64,000 nucleotides of DNA from Chiloscyllium plagiosum (lineage: Eukaryota). This document shows positions 62,706-64,000 of this stretch, in pieces. A program made the position numbers and the translations under genes. The notes below the pieces were generated by a model, which was not told where the DNA came from, did no database searches, and saw only the letters and a program-made list of their open reading frames with translations. Position 1 is the stretch's first letter. Each line of letters opens with the position of its first letter. The stretch lies in assembly GCF_004010195.1 (NCBI RefSeq), contig NC_057719.1, forward strand, positions 17,594,165-17,658,164. The letters are read 5' to 3'.

Positions 62706-64000
62706 TCACTCTGCAGAAACAGCTCATCGATATGCCCATCTGCAGTTGAATGTAGTTACTCATGGAGGTTCAGCTTCCCCCATTGTTTTGATGGACTCCC
62801 TCCTTGCACTCCACACTATGGCTGGAATGTTAACTCCATTTCCCACGTCACAGATGCTGCCGGAGCTGTGGAGCATCTTTCGCTATTTTTTTTCTGGTGG
62901 TTATTTCGGATTCCTAGCAGTAATTTTGCCCTGCTTTTGGAAAGGTAAAGTCAGCTAGGTATTGTGCTCTGAATTATTATGCAGGAACTCCTGCTGGCTA
63001 TGTACATGTGTGGAACAGTGTCTGTGTGGGGTCTGCCAGGTCAACAATACTTGAGCATGAATTAAGAAACTGTGTCCTAATGGGAAGAGTGTCAGTGGAA
63101 GTGACCACATGCATTATACATACATTATTTCACTATTGGAGCACAGGTCAGAGTTTGCAAAGCTGCAGCTGCATTCCCTCAGGGAATGAATATGCAAAAT
63201 GCGGCTACAACAGCCCAGAATATGCTCCAATGTGATCCTAGAGGTTATCCCAACACTTTGCCCTCAGGGGTTCACAGGGTTGCACCTAATTGGAAAGGGG
63301 CTAGTCTGGCATCAATATTCCGAAATGTAGTGTCTGAAAGGGCGATGGGAGCAGATACAAAAGGAACTTCCAAAAAGTCAGTTGAACATACACTCAGAAA
63401 GCTAATATTTACAGGGCAGAGCAAAAAAAAAAGGATCAGGGAAGTGGGTCTGCTGCGGCGAGAGGATGTCATGGGCACTGTGGGCAGAATGACCTCCTTC
63501 TGCTCTGTATCATTCCATGATCTCTGGCTAACGTCACTGTGGGCGCATCAAGTGGTTTGTGATGGCATTCCAGTTCGGAATGCACTTTTGAACATTTACT
63601 CAGCATTAGCTAAACCGAATGTCTTCGAAAATCCGGCAAGTATTCCACTATTTTGAAATCATGCCAGAGTCCAACTGGGCCCCGTTACTTTCCGATGGTC
63701 GGAGGGAGAATGCTGCCCACCAGCCCAGTGATTGGCCACACCCTGAGTGACCTCTCCCACTTTGTTGGTCTGAGGAGCTGACCCTCATGACAGGATTCTG
63801 GGGAAAAAGAAGGGAGATAGGACAAAACATGGTTCCAAACCCTATGTCGCCCTTCACCCACTCTTAATCCCGGAGCACTGGGATAAGATAACATGGCATG
63901 CTATAGATCCGCGTCTTGTCTCTGTTACAAGGTGTGATGTTTAATCCCAGGTCAACCCCACAGCATCTTGTGATTAATTTAAACCATTCAGTTGTACACT

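Noticed and set aside
63186..63656. 156-aa plus ORF
   Set aside because: No recognisable domain; the 3' part runs through a degenerate CR1-like tail.

Overview
This is repeat-rich, AT-rich vertebrate DNA. The repeat complement (HE1/V-SINE-type SINEs, HER1-type CR1 LINEs, Deu-type SINEs, abundant Penelope-like elements) points to a cartilaginous fish, probably a shark (inference). I could not identify any host protein-coding exon, so it reads as intergenic or deep intronic sequence. Three N-gaps all fall inside young transposon copies. Contents: many CR1 LINE fragments (one nearly complete ORF2 at ~50.4-56.5 kb with three nested insertions), several SINE families, a decayed Gypsy LTR retrotransposon with polypurine tract and LTR plus a related probable solo LTR, a Tigger-like MITE, and at least four Penelope-like element (PLE) families. 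The most notable signal is RNA-level. Each PLE family carries a minimal type-I hammerhead ribozyme motif (CUGANGA-stem II-GAAA-palindromic stem III-NUH). Many short PLE derivatives are fold-back hairpins whose inversion point lies in or next to that hammerhead, including one (56534-56689) with an intact hammerhead at the apex of a 64-bp stem. Family names come from my recognition of motifs, not database searches, and repeat boundaries are approximate unless a target-site duplication (TSD) is given.
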